Assembly (NCBI GenBank): GCA_963834935.1
Contig: CAWIDS010000001.1
Coordinates: 139,524-203,523, forward strand
Source of the DNA: Candidatus Nomurabacteria bacterium
GTDB lineage: Bacteria > Patescibacteriota > Minisyncoccia > Phycocordibacterales > CALRBL01
Length of the DNA: 64,000 bases
Direction: 5' to 3'
The position numbers and the translations under genes are program-made. Of the stretch, positions 63,141 to 64,000 are shown in pieces; the stretch's first letter is position 1, and every line of letters begins with the position of its first letter. Under the pieces are notes generated by a model, which worked only from the letters and a program-made list of their open reading frames with translations, searched no databases and was not told the DNA's origin.

Positions 63141-63539
63141 TTAATTGATCACTAGTTGGTCGATCGTCTTGTCGAGCTCTTCTTCATTGACCTCTTCGTC
63201 TTTTGAAGAGCCGATGAGGAGGTATCGGATGATATTATCCTGCTCATCAAGAGCCTTCTTTATCTTCAATACGCCTTCTGATGTGACAGCGAATTTGATT
63301 GATCCGAAATAGCTTCGGTTATAGCGGGTCTTTATCGACTTTACGGTCTTTGAGATCTCATAGACAAGAGCGTGAACCTTCGGATTGACCTCAGAGATAA
63401 CCTCCCCTCCTTCCTTGAGGATAAGGGCTTTGAGAGCTGCAACCTCTGCAACGACAGCTTCTTCGGCGATGGTGGGCACGAGGTGATAGCCTAATTCGTA
63501 TACGCGGGCCTCTGTATCGATAATTTCATTTTCATTCAT
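63141..63539 (-). CDS. rpsF: 30S ribosomal protein S6
   Basis: 132 aa, first gene of the canonical rpsF-ssb-rpsR operon. YELGYHLVP is an S6-like start. Confidence 0.8.
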   Translation of the reverse strand: MNENEIIDTEARVYELGYHLVPTIAEEAVVAEVAALKALILKEGGEVISEVNPKVHALVYEISKTVKSIKTRYNRSYFGSIKFAVTSEGVLKIKKALDEQDNIIRYLLIGSSKDEEVNEEELDKTIDQLVIN

Positions 63540-63564
63540 AGGTGTCTAACTTATCACAGCTATT

Positions 63565-64000
63565 TCATCTTTGCAAATTAAACAAGGCAACGGCATTCTT
63601 GGCCAGCTGAATCCGGATGCTTTCATAAGGTTCTTCTCTAATCTGGCTTATCTTAGCCACTATTTCCCTTACATGGCTTGGTTCATTCCTTTTTCCCCGA
63701 TAGGGGATCGGCGAGACGTAAGGAGAATCAGTCTCCGACATGATCTTATCGAGGGGGGCGAATCTGACTGTCTCATCATAATTCCTGGCAAAAGTGACTA
63801 CCCCCGTAAAAGACAGCGTGAAATCCAATTCTAAGAAACCTTTTGCTTCTTCAAGATTGCCTGTAAAAAAGTGGGCGTTCCCCCGAAGCTTTGCTCCGTA
63901 CTCCTTCTTCTTTGATTGCAAAATAGCAATGATGTCACTGTTGGCACTGCGAGCGTGAATCATCAAGGGCTTGTCATGCTTCACCGCGAAATCGATCTGT
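63565..64000 (-). CDS. tatD: TatD-family metal-dependent hydrolase, C-terminal part; the gene continues past the window end
   Basis: PLMIHARSANSD (the TatD HxR motif) and ETDSPYVSPIPYRGKRNEPSHV are TatD hallmarks. The frame remains open through 64000. Confidence 0.75.
   Translation of the reverse strand, partial: QIDFAVKHDKPLMIHARSANSDIIAILQSKKKEYGAKLRGNAHFFTGNLEEAKGFLELDFTLSFTGVVTFARNYDETVRFAPLDKIMSETDSPYVSPIPYRGKRNEPSHVREIVAKISQIREEPYESIRIQLAKNAVALFNLQR

Overview
This 64 kb window reads like a small, low-GC bacterial genome of the Patescibacteria/CPR kind. It is a monoderm-style organism that does not appear to use Shine-Dalgarno sites, TGA is a stop codon, and rRNA genes are unlinked. Coding density is high and most genes are on the minus strand. 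Main contents, left to right: gatA (partial)-gatC-ligA. Next is an about 11.5 kb type IV pilus operon. It holds four to five pilin or pseudopilin genes (one split by a frameshift), prepilin peptidase, a minor pilin, major pilin pilA with its own extended -10 promoter and terminator, pilC, pilT, a CheY-like receiver, pilB, a small secreted ORF, pilO, pilN and pilM, with a divergent ComF-family gene. Then GT2 and DedA genes; tRNA-Ser(GCU) followed by a degenerate copy of its own 3' end; and an ApbE flavin transferase with an FMN-binding-domain membrane protein, DoxX and two small hypothetical proteins. Next a MutY-like HhH-GPD glycosylase without an Fe-S motif, recG, tRNA-Ile(UAU), a TMEM175-like channel, cysS, folC, a minimal 188-aa TrpC-like ORF, nitroreductase/hxlR, tRNA-Asp, pyk and tRNA-Ile(GAU). 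Then a 16S rRNA gene (minus strand) that has an about 114-nt insertion in helix 40 and lacks the canonical CCUCC anti-SD tail; secDF; a small glycosylation cluster; a SEDS protein; a VWA protein; and, about 10 kb upstream of the 16S on the same strand, 5S and a 23S rRNA gene carrying an about 300-nt ORF-less insertion at the E. coli 2593-equivalent homing site. After that come rplJ-rplL, a frameshifted beta-helix/LCAT-like lipase, a 673-aa PG-binding surface protein with Cys-containing repeats, a wHTH protein, ftsK, recA, efp, the rpsF-ssb-rpsR operon and tatD (partial). No CRISPR array, integrase or transposase was seen. The novelty lies in RNA-level oddities, the flavinylation cluster and several decayed or minimal genes, not in one obvious new multi-gene system.
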